Source of the DNA: Candidatus Saccharibacteria bacterium UBA3218 | GTDB taxonomy: Bacteria > Patescibacteriota > Saccharimonadia > Saccharimonadales > Saccharimonadaceae | Assembly: GCA_002363125.1 (NCBI GenBank) | Contig: DEWE01000009.1 | Location: forward strand, 68,489 to 132,488 | Length of the DNA stretch: 64,000 bases | Direction of reading: 5' to 3' | In this document: positions 36,955 through 45,164 of the stretch, piece after piece | Layout of the letters: each line of letters opens with the position of its first letter | Position numbering within the stretch: position 1 is the stretch's first letter | Notes under the pieces: model-generated | The model's input: only the letters and a program-made list of their open reading frames with translations | Told to the model about the DNA's origin: nothing | The model's database searches: none | Position numbers and translations under genes: made by a program

Positions 36955-37287
36955 TTAGCCACCCTGAGGGCCCTCTCGCATTTCCATGCGGAGATCCTCT
37001 ATCAGCTCGTCGCTAGGGTTAGAATGTTTTCTGCCCTTTTTCTCTGGGCGAGTAGTGGGAAGCCATGGCGACTCCCTTTCGGGCTGAGGAACTATAGGAT
37101 ATGGCCCTATGGGGTAAAGAGACAATAACTCTAATGCAATATTAGAAAATTCGCCGTCAGTGATTATTTTGCCCTCTTCTGCTAACTTCTGAAGAACATA
37201 GATATTGAGATTTCCGTTAGGTAATCTGACACATATATCCTTTAAGTTCCCCTCATTATCTTTAATATGTACAAAGCGTTCTATCAT
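36955..37287 (-). CDS. Small hypothetical protein (110 aa) with own consensus promoter
   Basis: ORF 36955-37368. Start at ATG 37287 (MIERFVHIKDNEG), 6 nt after ggaggt. The C-terminal half looks more GC-rich than surrounding genes. No family recognised. Confidence 0.45.
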   Translation of the reverse strand: MIERFVHIKDNEGNLKDICVRLPNGNLNIYVLQKLAEEGKIITDGEFSNIALELLSLYPIGPYPIVPQPERESPWLPTTRPEKKGRKHSNPSDELIEDLRMEMREGPQGG

Positions 37288-37339
37288 ACGAACACCTCCA
37301 GAAAAATAGTATCTAGAAGTAAACTCTAGACCTGATCTA

Positions 37340-37368
37340 ATTATAGCACAAACATAATAAAAAGTCAA
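37340..37368 (-). promoter_or_regulatory. Consensus promoter TTGACT-17-TATAAT (minus strand)
   Basis: Minus strand reads ttgactttttattatgtttgtgctataat. Confidence 0.6.
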
Positions 37369-37390
37369 CCCCCCGCAGCGGGTGCGGGGG
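37369..37390 (-). terminator. GC-rich hairpin after the ClpP-like gene
   Basis: Minus strand reads cccccgcacccgctgcgggggg then ttgacttttt. The T-tract is interrupted. Confidence 0.45.
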
Positions 37391-37404
37391 TTTCGGGGTA
37401 AAGA

Positions 37405-38070
37405 TTAGAGAATCTGATCGATATCGGTGACGATCTTGTCTATAAAACCATGAGCCAAAGCATCTTCCGGGAGCATATAATACTCCACACGATTTAAAAT
37501 ATCGTATTCTGTATCTTTCATCCTGCTATGCTTTAAGACATGTGCCTTGACGACATTCTGTTCGTATTTTTCCTGGAATTTAGCCTGATCTTGTACTTTA
37601 CTGGTTGAACCGAATATGAAATCGGATCCGTCGTGCATCAGGAATACCATGTTGGGCATAGAAAAACGCTTGTGGCCGGTAATTCCGATCATGAAAGCCA
37701 TGGAACTCCACTGGCCGACGTTGTAAGTATAGACTGGTGTTTCACTAAGTTTAATTGCCGAAACCAGCGCAAAACCTTCATATACACTGCCGCCGGGCGA
37801 GTTAATGTAGATTTTGATCGGCTTTCTCTTAGGAATCGGAATGTCTTTATCCTCGCGGTTGTATCTCATAATGAGTCTTACAACCCTGGCCACCGTGATC
37901 TTCTCATCAATATACTTGTCCTCGAAGTCTATGTCGTTAATTTCTCCTTGAAGATAAATTCTGCGTTCATCGAGTTCGAGCAAATCATCCATCGCATAAG
38001 GTGAACAAGTAACCTGTGTTTTTATCTTCTCATCATTGAGACCATGATAGCATACAATATCTCTTTTCAT
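37405..38070 (-). CDS. Divergent ClpP-family (S14) serine peptidase paralogue
   Basis: ORF 37405-38112. Start at ATG 38070 (MKRDIV) after ggaggg. YINSPGGSVYEG, GQWSSMAF (Ser), LMHDGS (His), GFIDKIV. Has a ~45-aa N-terminal extension. The residue aligned by eye to the ClpP catalytic Asp appears to be Glu. No clpX or clpA adjacent. Confidence 0.75.
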   Translation of the reverse strand: MKRDIVCYHGLNDEKIKTQVTCSPYAMDDLLELDERRIYLQGEINDIDFEDKYIDEKITVARVVRLIMRYNREDKDIPIPKRKPIKIYINSPGGSVYEGFALVSAIKLSETPVYTYNVGQWSSMAFMIGITGHKRFSMPNMVFLMHDGSDFIFGSTSKVQDQAKFQEKYEQNVVKAHVLKHSRMKDTEYDILNRVEYYMLPEDALAHGFIDKIVTDIDQIL

Positions 38071-38123
38071 CTTAAACCCTCCTTTAAAGGTGCAAAATAG
38101 GGTGCCCAGCACCCTTCGAGGTG

Positions 38124-38152
38124 ATTATACTACACTATCTTGATTTATTCAA
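38124..38152 (-). promoter_or_regulatory. Consensus promoter TTGAAT-17-TATAAT (minus strand) for the ClpP-like gene
   Basis: Minus strand reads ttgaataaatcaagatagtgtagtataat. The leader contains hairpin agggtgc-tgg-gcaccct followed by attttg. Confidence 0.6.
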
Positions 38153-38168
38153 TCAAATGTGCTAAAAT
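38140..38168 (+). promoter_or_regulatory. Promoter TTGATT-17-TAAAAT (TGc extended) for rpsB-tsf; overlaps the divergent ClpP-like promoter
   Basis: ttgatttattcaatcaaatgtgctaaaat. Confidence 0.55.
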
Positions 38169-38195
38169 TACCCTATATTAAATTTAATGAAACAG

Positions 38196-38238
38196 CTATG
38201 GGAGGTTTCCTGGGGTGGTTTACCCTGAAAACCCGTAG
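38196..38238 (+). promoter_or_regulatory. Structured rpsB 5' leader (candidate S2 autoregulatory element)
   Basis: Closing stem ctatggg / cccgtag around hairpins gga-ggtt-tcc and gggt-ggtt-taccc. Lies about 20 nt upstream of the rpsB ATG. Confidence 0.3.
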
Positions 38239-38258
38239 TCAAAGGAAAGGAAATCATA

Positions 38259-38945
38259 ATGGCAGTAAATGTCGATATGAAGGCTTTGCTTGAATCTGGT
38301 GCTCATTTTGGGCACAAGACGAGCCGTTGGCACCCAAAAATGGCGCCATACATCCATTCTAAGCGCCAAAATGCGCATATTATCAACCTAGAAAAGACCG
38401 TAGATGGTCTTGAGGTGGCTTTACCAAAAATCACCGAAATCGTGAAAGGTGGCAAGAAAGTACTCTTTGTGGGCACAAAAAAACAGATGAAAGATGCTGT
38501 AAAAGAGGCGGCTGAATCTGTAGAGATGCCCTATGTAACCGTACGTTGGGTTGGTGGTACTCTTACTAATGTAGAAACCGTAAACCGCCAAATCAAAAAA
38601 TTAAAAGATTTGGAACGTCGTATGGCTTCTGGCGAGCTTGAAAATCGCTATTCTAAGCTAGAGGTTCAAAGATTTCAAGAGGAAATCGATCTTTTGAATG
38701 AGCGCTATGGTGGTATCAAAGACATGACCGAGCAACCAGCTGCGGTGATCGTGATTGATGCAATTGAAGATAAGAATGCGATAAAAGAAGCAAATGTATT
38801 GCATATTCCAGTATTTGCGATTACTGATACAAATGTCGATCCTTCAAATATCGACTATGTAATCCCAGCAAACGACGATGCAATTAAGGCTACAAAATTG
38901 ATTCTCGATTACTTCGTAGAAGCAATTAAAGAAGGTAAAAAATAA
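38259..38945 (+). CDS. rpsB: 30S ribosomal protein S2
   Basis: 228 aa. LLESGAHFGHKTSRWHPKM. Confidence 0.97.
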   Translation: MAVNVDMKALLESGAHFGHKTSRWHPKMAPYIHSKRQNAHIINLEKTVDGLEVALPKITEIVKGGKKVLFVGTKKQMKDAVKEAAESVEMPYVTVRWVGGTLTNVETVNRQIKKLKDLERRMASGELENRYSKLEVQRFQEEIDLLNERYGGIKDMTEQPAAVIVIDAIEDKNAIKEANVLHIPVFAITDTNVDPSNIDYVIPANDDAIKATKLILDYFVEAIKEGKK

Positions 38946-38957
38946 TTAGGAGGCATT

Positions 38958-39548
38958 ATGGCAGAAATTTCCATAGAACAAATCAAAAAATTAAAAGAGC
39001 TTTCTGGCGCCGGGCTTACCGATGCCAAAAAAGCTTTAGTAGAAGCTGACGGCGATTTTGACAAAGCTCTTGAGGCAATGCGTAAAAAAGGTTTGACTAA
39101 GGCTGAGAAGCGCGGTGATCGCGAAACTCGTGAAGGTTTAGTAGACGCCTATATCCACGATGGTCGTCTTGGTGCAATCGTAGAAGTAAACTGTGAAACC
39201 TCTTTCGTGGCTAAGACTGATGAGTTTAAAACTTTGGCCCATCAAATCGCAATGCAAGTAGCATCAATGGCTCCACTTTATGTATCTGAGGAAGACATTC
39301 CAGAAGACGTGCGTAAGGCTAAGATTAAGGAACTTGAAGAAAACTTTAAGGGTCCAGAAAATATGAAGGACAAAATCCTTGAAGGCCAAGTAAAGAAGGC
39401 TTTTGCCGATAAAGTTCTTATGAACCAACCATATATCTTGGATGATTCTAAAACTGTAGAACAATTTATCAAAGAGGCCATTGCTAAGACTGGCGAGAAT
39501 ATCACTGTTCGCCAATTTAAGCGCATTGAGCTTGGAGTGACTGAGTAA
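38958..39548 (+). CDS. tsf: Elongation factor Ts (short form)
   Basis: 196 aa. IKKLKELSGAGLTDAKKAL, VEVNCETSFVAKTDEF. Confidence 0.95.
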   Translation: MAEISIEQIKKLKELSGAGLTDAKKALVEADGDFDKALEAMRKKGLTKAEKRGDRETREGLVDAYIHDGRLGAIVEVNCETSFVAKTDEFKTLAHQIAMQVASMAPLYVSEEDIPEDVRKAKIKELEENFKGPENMKDKILEGQVKKAFADKVLMNQPYILDDSKTVEQFIKEAIAKTGENITVRQFKRIELGVTE

Positions 39549-39565
39549 GTTACCGCTCGATAATA

Positions 39566-39594
39566 AAATAGCTCCCATCACTGGGAGCTATTTT
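39566..39594. terminator. Bidirectional terminator between tsf and the convergent protease gene
   Basis: aaaatagctccca-tcac-tgggagctatttt. Confidence 0.75.
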
Positions 39595-39607
39595 GATATA
39601 GAGGTTA

Positions 39608-41710
39608 TTACTTATGGTCGAAACGAATATGTTTTCTGTTTCTATGGGTAAGGTAACCAGCAATAGAGACTATTGCGATAGTTGGAAGCAGATAGGTAAC
39701 CAAGGCTGAATTACTATCTTGTTCCTTAGTATTGCCACCGGTATTTGCCTTCTTTGGAGTACTATCAGCTGAAGTATCTGGAACTGGAATGTCTTCTCCT
39801 TCAGACACAGTGAATTCTATATCGACTGGATCATAACCGTCGTAGGTTAATTTTATAGTGTGCGTTCCTTCTTCTAAAGTATCTAGATAATCACCGTAAA
39901 CTGTAAGAATAGTACTACCGGATTCGGTTTTGTAGTTTTTGTCGGAAAGACTTTTGCCATCCATAGTAACACCAGTTAGTGAAGCTAGAGGATAGTCTAT
40001 TTTAACTACAAAGTCTTCGCCACTACCGATTACATAGTCTTTGCCGGACACCCAAGTGACTTCACCAGTTGGATCGCCAGATGGTTCTGGGTCTGGGGTT
40101 GGTGTTGGTTCGTCTCCATCATCGATAGTGAAAGCGTTCAATATATTGATCCCCCTCTCAGTTTCTTCAATATCTTCTCCGTTAACTTTTTTAAGTTTAA
40201 TAGCAAAATCTCCGGATATTTTAATTGGTGTATCGAATTCATATTTAGTCATGCCCATATACGCAGTGAAATCACCAACTTTTGTAAATCCATCCTCATT
40301 GCCAGTATTACTGACATATACGTCATATTCTTCATCATTATAGAAGTTTTGGTTAAATGTTATTTTTTCTAGTTTTTCATTACCATTAGATGAGAATTCA
40401 AAGATATACGAATTGTCATTTGAAATAATGCTGCTACTTTTATAATCATTCAAACTATATATATGATCGTAGTCGTTTATGGACTCAAATGATTTGAAGT
40501 ACATAGTATCAAGAGCAGAATCATAGCTCATATAAAATCTCCATGGATATTGTATTTGAGTTCCATCTTCTTCAAATGTAAAATATTTATCACCCCAGGA
40601 ATTTTGTAAAATAAATGCACCAGTCTTGATTATATCGTTGTCATTATACTGCCATGAGTCATCCCAACCAACAATAGTCATCGCGTGGCCACCACTACAA
40701 GGAGTTGTGTACTGCGTAGAGCGGTCTATAACTGTGAAATTCGCAAAATGATTATCGTTATCAACACTAAAATCCATACAATTATCCTCATCCCAAAAGG
40801 TAGCTACTTCCACTGCGCCATATTCCCTCACGGCTTTCTTGATGGCATTGACGGCAGCGGTTTTATCGTTGCTGGAACCATAAATAGGCGAATTTATTCT
40901 ACCAACATCTGTAACAATATAATTAACATCGTTAAGATTATTAATCTCGCTATAATTTTGTTTTACGGTATATGCCCTAGATCCATCATTCATAACAGTA
41001 AGCAAATCTTCGTAATCATCTAAATTCCATATATCTTCATATATGTTTATGCCACTGATTCTACTATCATTGTTTTTAATCGTATTGGCGAACTTTGATT
41101 CTGAAACAAGTGCGTATGGATTAGACATTGTAAGTAATACCGTAAAGAGATTACCGCCATCACCAAAAGCGCGTTCGTAACCACCGACAGATAACCATCT
41201 ATCGTAAAAAGCATTTCGCTGCGATAATGTGTCGTTGTCTCCACGGTATGCATCTTTTGCGCTAACAAACTGATAATCTATATGTTTTGGCGAAATACTT
41301 GTCGCCGTATTATTTTTTTCGAGAGAATATTCAAGTGCGGTCGACCCTGCATAGAGCCAACAAAGCCCCTCCGTATTCTGGTTTTTTGTCCTAGTATAAG
41401 TATGATACTGATCATGCGAATTATAATATGACGGCAAAACCTCTGAGTCAGCATATACTTTCCTATACATTGATTCTTCAGCACTAAACTGTTCTAGCTT
41501 AGCATCTAATTCGGGGGAAGATATTACACCAGAAACAAAATCCAGTTTTTTATCGGATGCACTCACCTTGTCAAAATTATTTTGGACCCCGTATCCTATA
41601 ATTCCAATAGAACAGCCGGCGATAACCACAGCAAGAGAACGCAGGCCTATCTTTTTTATTTTTAGTCCTTTAGCTCTATTAGTGCCACTGGAGAGGACTT
41701 TTATTTTCAT
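39608..41710 (-). CDS. Cell-surface papain-like (C1 family) cysteine peptidase with C-terminal Ig-like repeats and membrane/wall anchor
   Basis: 700 aa. N-terminal signal-anchor. Catalytic Cys context QNTEGLCWLYAGSTALE, His GGHAMTIVGWDD, Asn-Ser-Trp ILQNSWG. Pro/Thr linker PTPTPDPEPSGDP. C-terminal KKANTGG + TM + HRNRKH. Confidence 0.75.
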   Translation of the reverse strand: MKIKVLSSGTNRAKGLKIKKIGLRSLAVVIAGCSIGIIGYGVQNNFDKVSASDKKLDFVSGVISSPELDAKLEQFSAEESMYRKVYADSEVLPSYYNSHDQYHTYTRTKNQNTEGLCWLYAGSTALEYSLEKNNTATSISPKHIDYQFVSAKDAYRGDNDTLSQRNAFYDRWLSVGGYERAFGDGGNLFTVLLTMSNPYALVSESKFANTIKNNDSRISGINIYEDIWNLDDYEDLLTVMNDGSRAYTVKQNYSEINNLNDVNYIVTDVGRINSPIYGSSNDKTAAVNAIKKAVREYGAVEVATFWDEDNCMDFSVDNDNHFANFTVIDRSTQYTTPCSGGHAMTIVGWDDSWQYNDNDIIKTGAFILQNSWGDKYFTFEEDGTQIQYPWRFYMSYDSALDTMYFKSFESINDYDHIYSLNDYKSSSIISNDNSYIFEFSSNGNEKLEKITFNQNFYNDEEYDVYVSNTGNEDGFTKVGDFTAYMGMTKYEFDTPIKISGDFAIKLKKVNGEDIEETERGINILNAFTIDDGDEPTPTPDPEPSGDPTGEVTWVSGKDYVIGSGEDFVVKIDYPLASLTGVTMDGKSLSDKNYKTESGSTILTVYGDYLDTLEEGTHTIKLTYDGYDPVDIEFTVSEGEDIPVPDTSADSTPKKANTGGNTKEQDSNSALVTYLLPTIAIVSIAGYLTHRNRKHIRFDHK

Positions 41711-41839
41711 TTTTGTGTTCCTTTTTTATTTTTGTATAACCTTTATGTTTATGATTGTGTCGCATTTTTGTATAAATGTCAAGTGCTTTTTTAGAATTCT
41801 CCATGTGCTATAATTAGGATATAATTTTAAGGAGTTATT

Positions 41840-42385
41840 ATGTTTGATATAGCAGAAGATCGTAAAAAAATGGAAGGAGTGATCGAACGTTTTAAAGATG
41901 AAATGAAAAAGGTGCGTACTGGGCGCGCACATCCAGACATGCTTTCTGGCATAAAGGTAGAGGCTTACGGCCAATATATGCCACTCAACCAAGTCGCCAA
42001 CATTACTGCGTCAGATGCGACTTTGCTCGTGATTACGCCATTTGATCCATCCAATATTCAGGCTATTGCGACAGCAATTCGCGCCGACCAATCCTTAGGA
42101 CTAAATCCAGCAGACGATGGTCGCGTGATTCGCGTACCAATTCCAGCACTTACAGAAGAGCGTCGCAAAGAAATCGTCAAAAATACCTCCGCCAAGGTAG
42201 AAGAAGCTAAAGTAGCAATCCGCAATGTGCGCGAAGACGCCAGAAAAGCTGTGAAAAATGCGGCCGAAATGAGTGAAGATGTGAAAAAGCGGGCCGAAAA
42301 AGAGATTGACGACCTAACCAAAGAGTTTAATGACAAGGTCGAAGCTGAATTTAAAACTAAATCTGAAGAAATAATGAAGATATAA
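41840..42385 (+). CDS. frr: Ribosome recycling factor
   Basis: 181 aa. TGRAHPDMLSGIKVEAYG, LTEERRKEIVK. TGtgcTATAAT upstream, then aaggag. Confidence 0.95.
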   Translation: MFDIAEDRKKMEGVIERFKDEMKKVRTGRAHPDMLSGIKVEAYGQYMPLNQVANITASDATLLVITPFDPSNIQAIATAIRADQSLGLNPADDGRVIRVPIPALTEERRKEIVKNTSAKVEEAKVAIRNVREDARKAVKNAAEMSEDVKKRAEKEIDDLTKEFNDKVEAEFKTKSEEIMKI

Positions 42386-42417
42386 TTCTATTATATCATA
42401 TATAAAGGAATTTGTCA

Positions 42418-43089
42418 ATGAGTTTACAACATCTAGGTATCATTGCAGACGGTAATCGTCGCTGGGCAAAACAAAATGGTCTGCCAAAAATTGAAGGGCA
42501 TCGCCAAGGATTGAAGGCGATTGAACAGCTTGTAGCCGCTGCCGCTAAATTAGAAATACCATATATTACTTTTTATGTTTTTAGCACAGAAAACTGGGGA
42601 AGAGAAAAAGACGAAGTAGACAACATAATGAAGTTGGCCGAGACTAAGATTATGAAAATGGCTGAAAGGATGGCCGAAAATAATATACGGCTTTTGATTC
42701 TTGGCGCCCGCGGGAAGGTAAACCCTACTCTTACATCTTTAGCCGAAAAGGCCGAGAAAATTACAGCTGAATGCACTGGTACTACGGCCTGTTTTTGTTT
42801 TAACTATGGTGGCGAGCAAGAAATAGCTGACGCAGCAAATATCGCTATCAAGGTAGATGGCGAGATTACGCCAAAAACCATCCGCGAGCATCTATACCAC
42901 CCAGAAGTACCAGATTTAGATATGGTAGTACGAACTTCTGGAGAAGAGAGACTTTCTGGTTTTATGCTTTGGCGAGCGGCTTATGCAGAGTTAATGTTTA
43001 TTAAAAAGTATTTCCCAGAAATGGAAGCTGGTGATATAAAAGATATTCTAGAAGAATACGAAAAACGCAACCGTCGTTTTGGTAAATAA
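42418..43089 (+). CDS. uppS: Undecaprenyl-diphosphate synthase
   Basis: ATG 42418 preferred over TTG 42412. IIADGNRRWA, FSTENWGR, RTSGEERLSGFMLW. Confidence 0.95.
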   Translation: MSLQHLGIIADGNRRWAKQNGLPKIEGHRQGLKAIEQLVAAAAKLEIPYITFYVFSTENWGREKDEVDNIMKLAETKIMKMAERMAENNIRLLILGARGKVNPTLTSLAEKAEKITAECTGTTACFCFNYGGEQEIADAANIAIKVDGEITPKTIREHLYHPEVPDLDMVVRTSGEERLSGFMLWRAAYAELMFIKKYFPEMEAGDIKDILEEYEKRNRRFGK

Positions 43090-43098
43090 TGATATAAT
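43090..43098 (+). promoter_or_regulatory. Extended -10 (TGaTATAAT) 6 nt upstream of the rseP ATG (leaderless)
   Basis: aatgatataat aaggtt ATG. Confidence 0.5.
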
Positions 43099-43104
43099 AA
43101 GGTT

Positions 43105-44373
43105 ATGGATATTTTTGTAGGTGTGGTGGTCGGTTTGATCGTGCTGATGTTTTTGGTAACAGTACACGAATTTGGACATTTTGTTGCAGCAAGAAAAAAT
43201 GGCGTAAATGTACTAGAGTTTGGGATTGGATTTCCGCCGAGAATTATGGCATGGATGAAAGACCCAAAGACCGGAAAATGGCGCAGATTACCACGCACGG
43301 AATGGGAAAAAGAAAAGGTAACCAAGGTTGTTTATTCGGACGACTCGCATAAATATTTCGCGCAAAAGGGTATGGTGTTTAGTTTGAACTGGCTACCGAT
43401 TGGTGGTTTTTGCCAGATGGATGGAGAATCGGCAGCCGACACTCGCAAAGGTACTTTTGGTGATGCGAGTTTTTGGTCTAAGACCAAGATTTTGTTTGCT
43501 GGCGTAACAATGAACTGGTTAGTCGCGATTGTAATTTTCACTGTTTTGGCCTGGACAGGGATGCCGGAGTTTCTTGAGGGTCAATTTACCGTGCCGGCAG
43601 ACACGCGCCTCGAGGCTACACCAGTGGAGATTACGTCAGTGGCAGAAGATTCGCCAGCATCTCGTGCTGGCATTGAAGCTGGCGATAAAATTATCGCAGT
43701 AGATGGAAACGAGTTTTTGCATGCTAGCGAGATCACTGATTATAATGAACTTCATGCTGGTGAGACTGTGGAATATAAGATTTATCGTCAAGGAGAAGAA
43801 GGTTGCAACTGTGATGCCAATCTGGATCTTGAGGTGACACTAAATTCAGTGGATGCAGAATATCTACTCGGCGTAACGATGGAGACAACCCAATCACTTT
43901 CGTATTCTACTTGGTCTGCACCAATTGTGGGGGTAGGGCTTACAGCGCAACTTACCGGAGAGACTTTCAAAGGGGTAGGGATTATGCTTTGGAATTTAAT
44001 TTCTGGCGTAGGATCGCAATTTAGCCCAGATGCGGACGTTCGCGAAAACGGCCAAGAAGCAATATCTTCTGTGGGGGATTCTGTGTCTGGCCCAGTAGGT
44101 ATAATTGGGGTATTATTCCCAGCCTTTACCTCGGCCGGACCAACCAACCTTGCGTTCTTGGCAGCTTTAATATCGGTATCACTAGCTTGTATGAATGTTC
44201 TACCAATCCCAGCCTTAGATGGTGGTAGATGGCTGCTCATCGCAATCTACAAACTACGAAAGAAAAAATTAACTAAAGAGACCGAAGAAAAAATTGTCTC
44301 CCGAGCGTTTATGATACTATTAGCATTAATCTTTATCGTAACAATCTTAGATATAGTAAGGATAATAAAATAA
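43105..44373 (+). CDS. rseP: Site-2 (M50) zinc metalloprotease RseP-like with PDZ domain
   Basis: 422 aa. HEFGHFVAAR, PDZ region, NVLPIPALDGG. Confidence 0.85.
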   Translation: MDIFVGVVVGLIVLMFLVTVHEFGHFVAARKNGVNVLEFGIGFPPRIMAWMKDPKTGKWRRLPRTEWEKEKVTKVVYSDDSHKYFAQKGMVFSLNWLPIGGFCQMDGESAADTRKGTFGDASFWSKTKILFAGVTMNWLVAIVIFTVLAWTGMPEFLEGQFTVPADTRLEATPVEITSVAEDSPASRAGIEAGDKIIAVDGNEFLHASEITDYNELHAGETVEYKIYRQGEEGCNCDANLDLEVTLNSVDAEYLLGVTMETTQSLSYSTWSAPIVGVGLTAQLTGETFKGVGIMLWNLISGVGSQFSPDADVRENGQEAISSVGDSVSGPVGIIGVLFPAFTSAGPTNLAFLAALISVSLACMNVLPIPALDGGRWLLIAIYKLRKKKLTKETEEKIVSRAFMILLALIFIVTILDIVRIIK

Positions 44374-45146
44374 TGGTGGGCAAAAAGGCAAAAAAAAATA
44401 CGAAAAGCAAAAAAGTAAACTGGAAATCGATTCTTAATATATTCTTAATATTAGTTTTTACATTTGCCGTTGTAGTGGTAGCGCAACTATTTGTGGGCTA
44501 CCTAATGTTATGGATACTTGGGCGTGAAATTTTCGTAGAGCCGGTGCCCACTGCAATATATTCTGCTTTGTCTTATATATTGGCATTAATATTTATATTA
44601 TTCGCTGTACCGAAAATTATCACTAGAAAAAAACTGATGGGCAGAGATGAGCTAGGCCTGCGTGGTTGGCCAACTTGGACCGATATCGGGCTCGCACCAG
44701 TAGGTTATATAGTATCAATTTTGGCAGCCGCTGGACTTACGGCACTCTTTAATTTATTCCCGTGGTTTGACGCCGAACAGGCACAAGAAATAGGATTTAA
44801 TACTTACATAGTTGGTTTTGATAGAATAGTAGCATTTTTGATATTAGTTGTAGTGGCGCCGATTGCAGAAGAAATTATTTTCCGTGGGTGGCTATATGGA
44901 AAATTGAGGACCATGTTGTCTGAAAAGGTATCCGAAAAGGCTTCTATTATTATTTCCACGCTATTGGTATCATTAATCTTTGGCTTGGTTCACATGCAAT
45001 GGAATGTGGGAGTAACTGTGTTTGCGATGTCTGTGGTACTTTGTGTGATGCGCGAAATCACTGGTACGATATATTCTGGAATATTGATGCATATGATTAG
45101 GAATGGTTTGGCTTTCTATCTGATCTATGTTCTAGGCGTAGCCTAA
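44373..45146 (+). CDS. CPBP-family intramembrane glutamic endopeptidase (CAAX protease-like)
   Basis: 257 aa, polytopic. APIAEEIIFRGWLY and FGLVHMQWN motifs. ATG overlaps the rseP stop. Confidence 0.75.
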   Translation: MVGKKAKKNTKSKKVNWKSILNIFLILVFTFAVVVVAQLFVGYLMLWILGREIFVEPVPTAIYSALSYILALIFILFAVPKIITRKKLMGRDELGLRGWPTWTDIGLAPVGYIVSILAAAGLTALFNLFPWFDAEQAQEIGFNTYIVGFDRIVAFLILVVVAPIAEEIIFRGWLYGKLRTMLSEKVSEKASIIISTLLVSLIFGLVHMQWNVGVTVFAMSVVLCVMREITGTIYSGILMHMIRNGLAFYLIYVLGVA

Positions 45147-45148
45147 TA

Positions 45149-45157
45149 TGCTATAAT
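45149..45157 (+). promoter_or_regulatory. Extended -10 (TGcTATAAT) 7 nt upstream of the proS ATG (leaderless)
   Basis: atgctataat agggggt ATG. Confidence 0.5.
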
Positions 45158-45164
45158 AGGGGGT

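Noticed and set aside
36955-38112. Calling the ClpP-like region a prophage remnant or mobile element
   Set aside because: No integrase, portal, capsid or terminase genes, att-like repeats or tRNA junction are adjacent. Only a composition hint and the orphan ClpP-like gene point that way.
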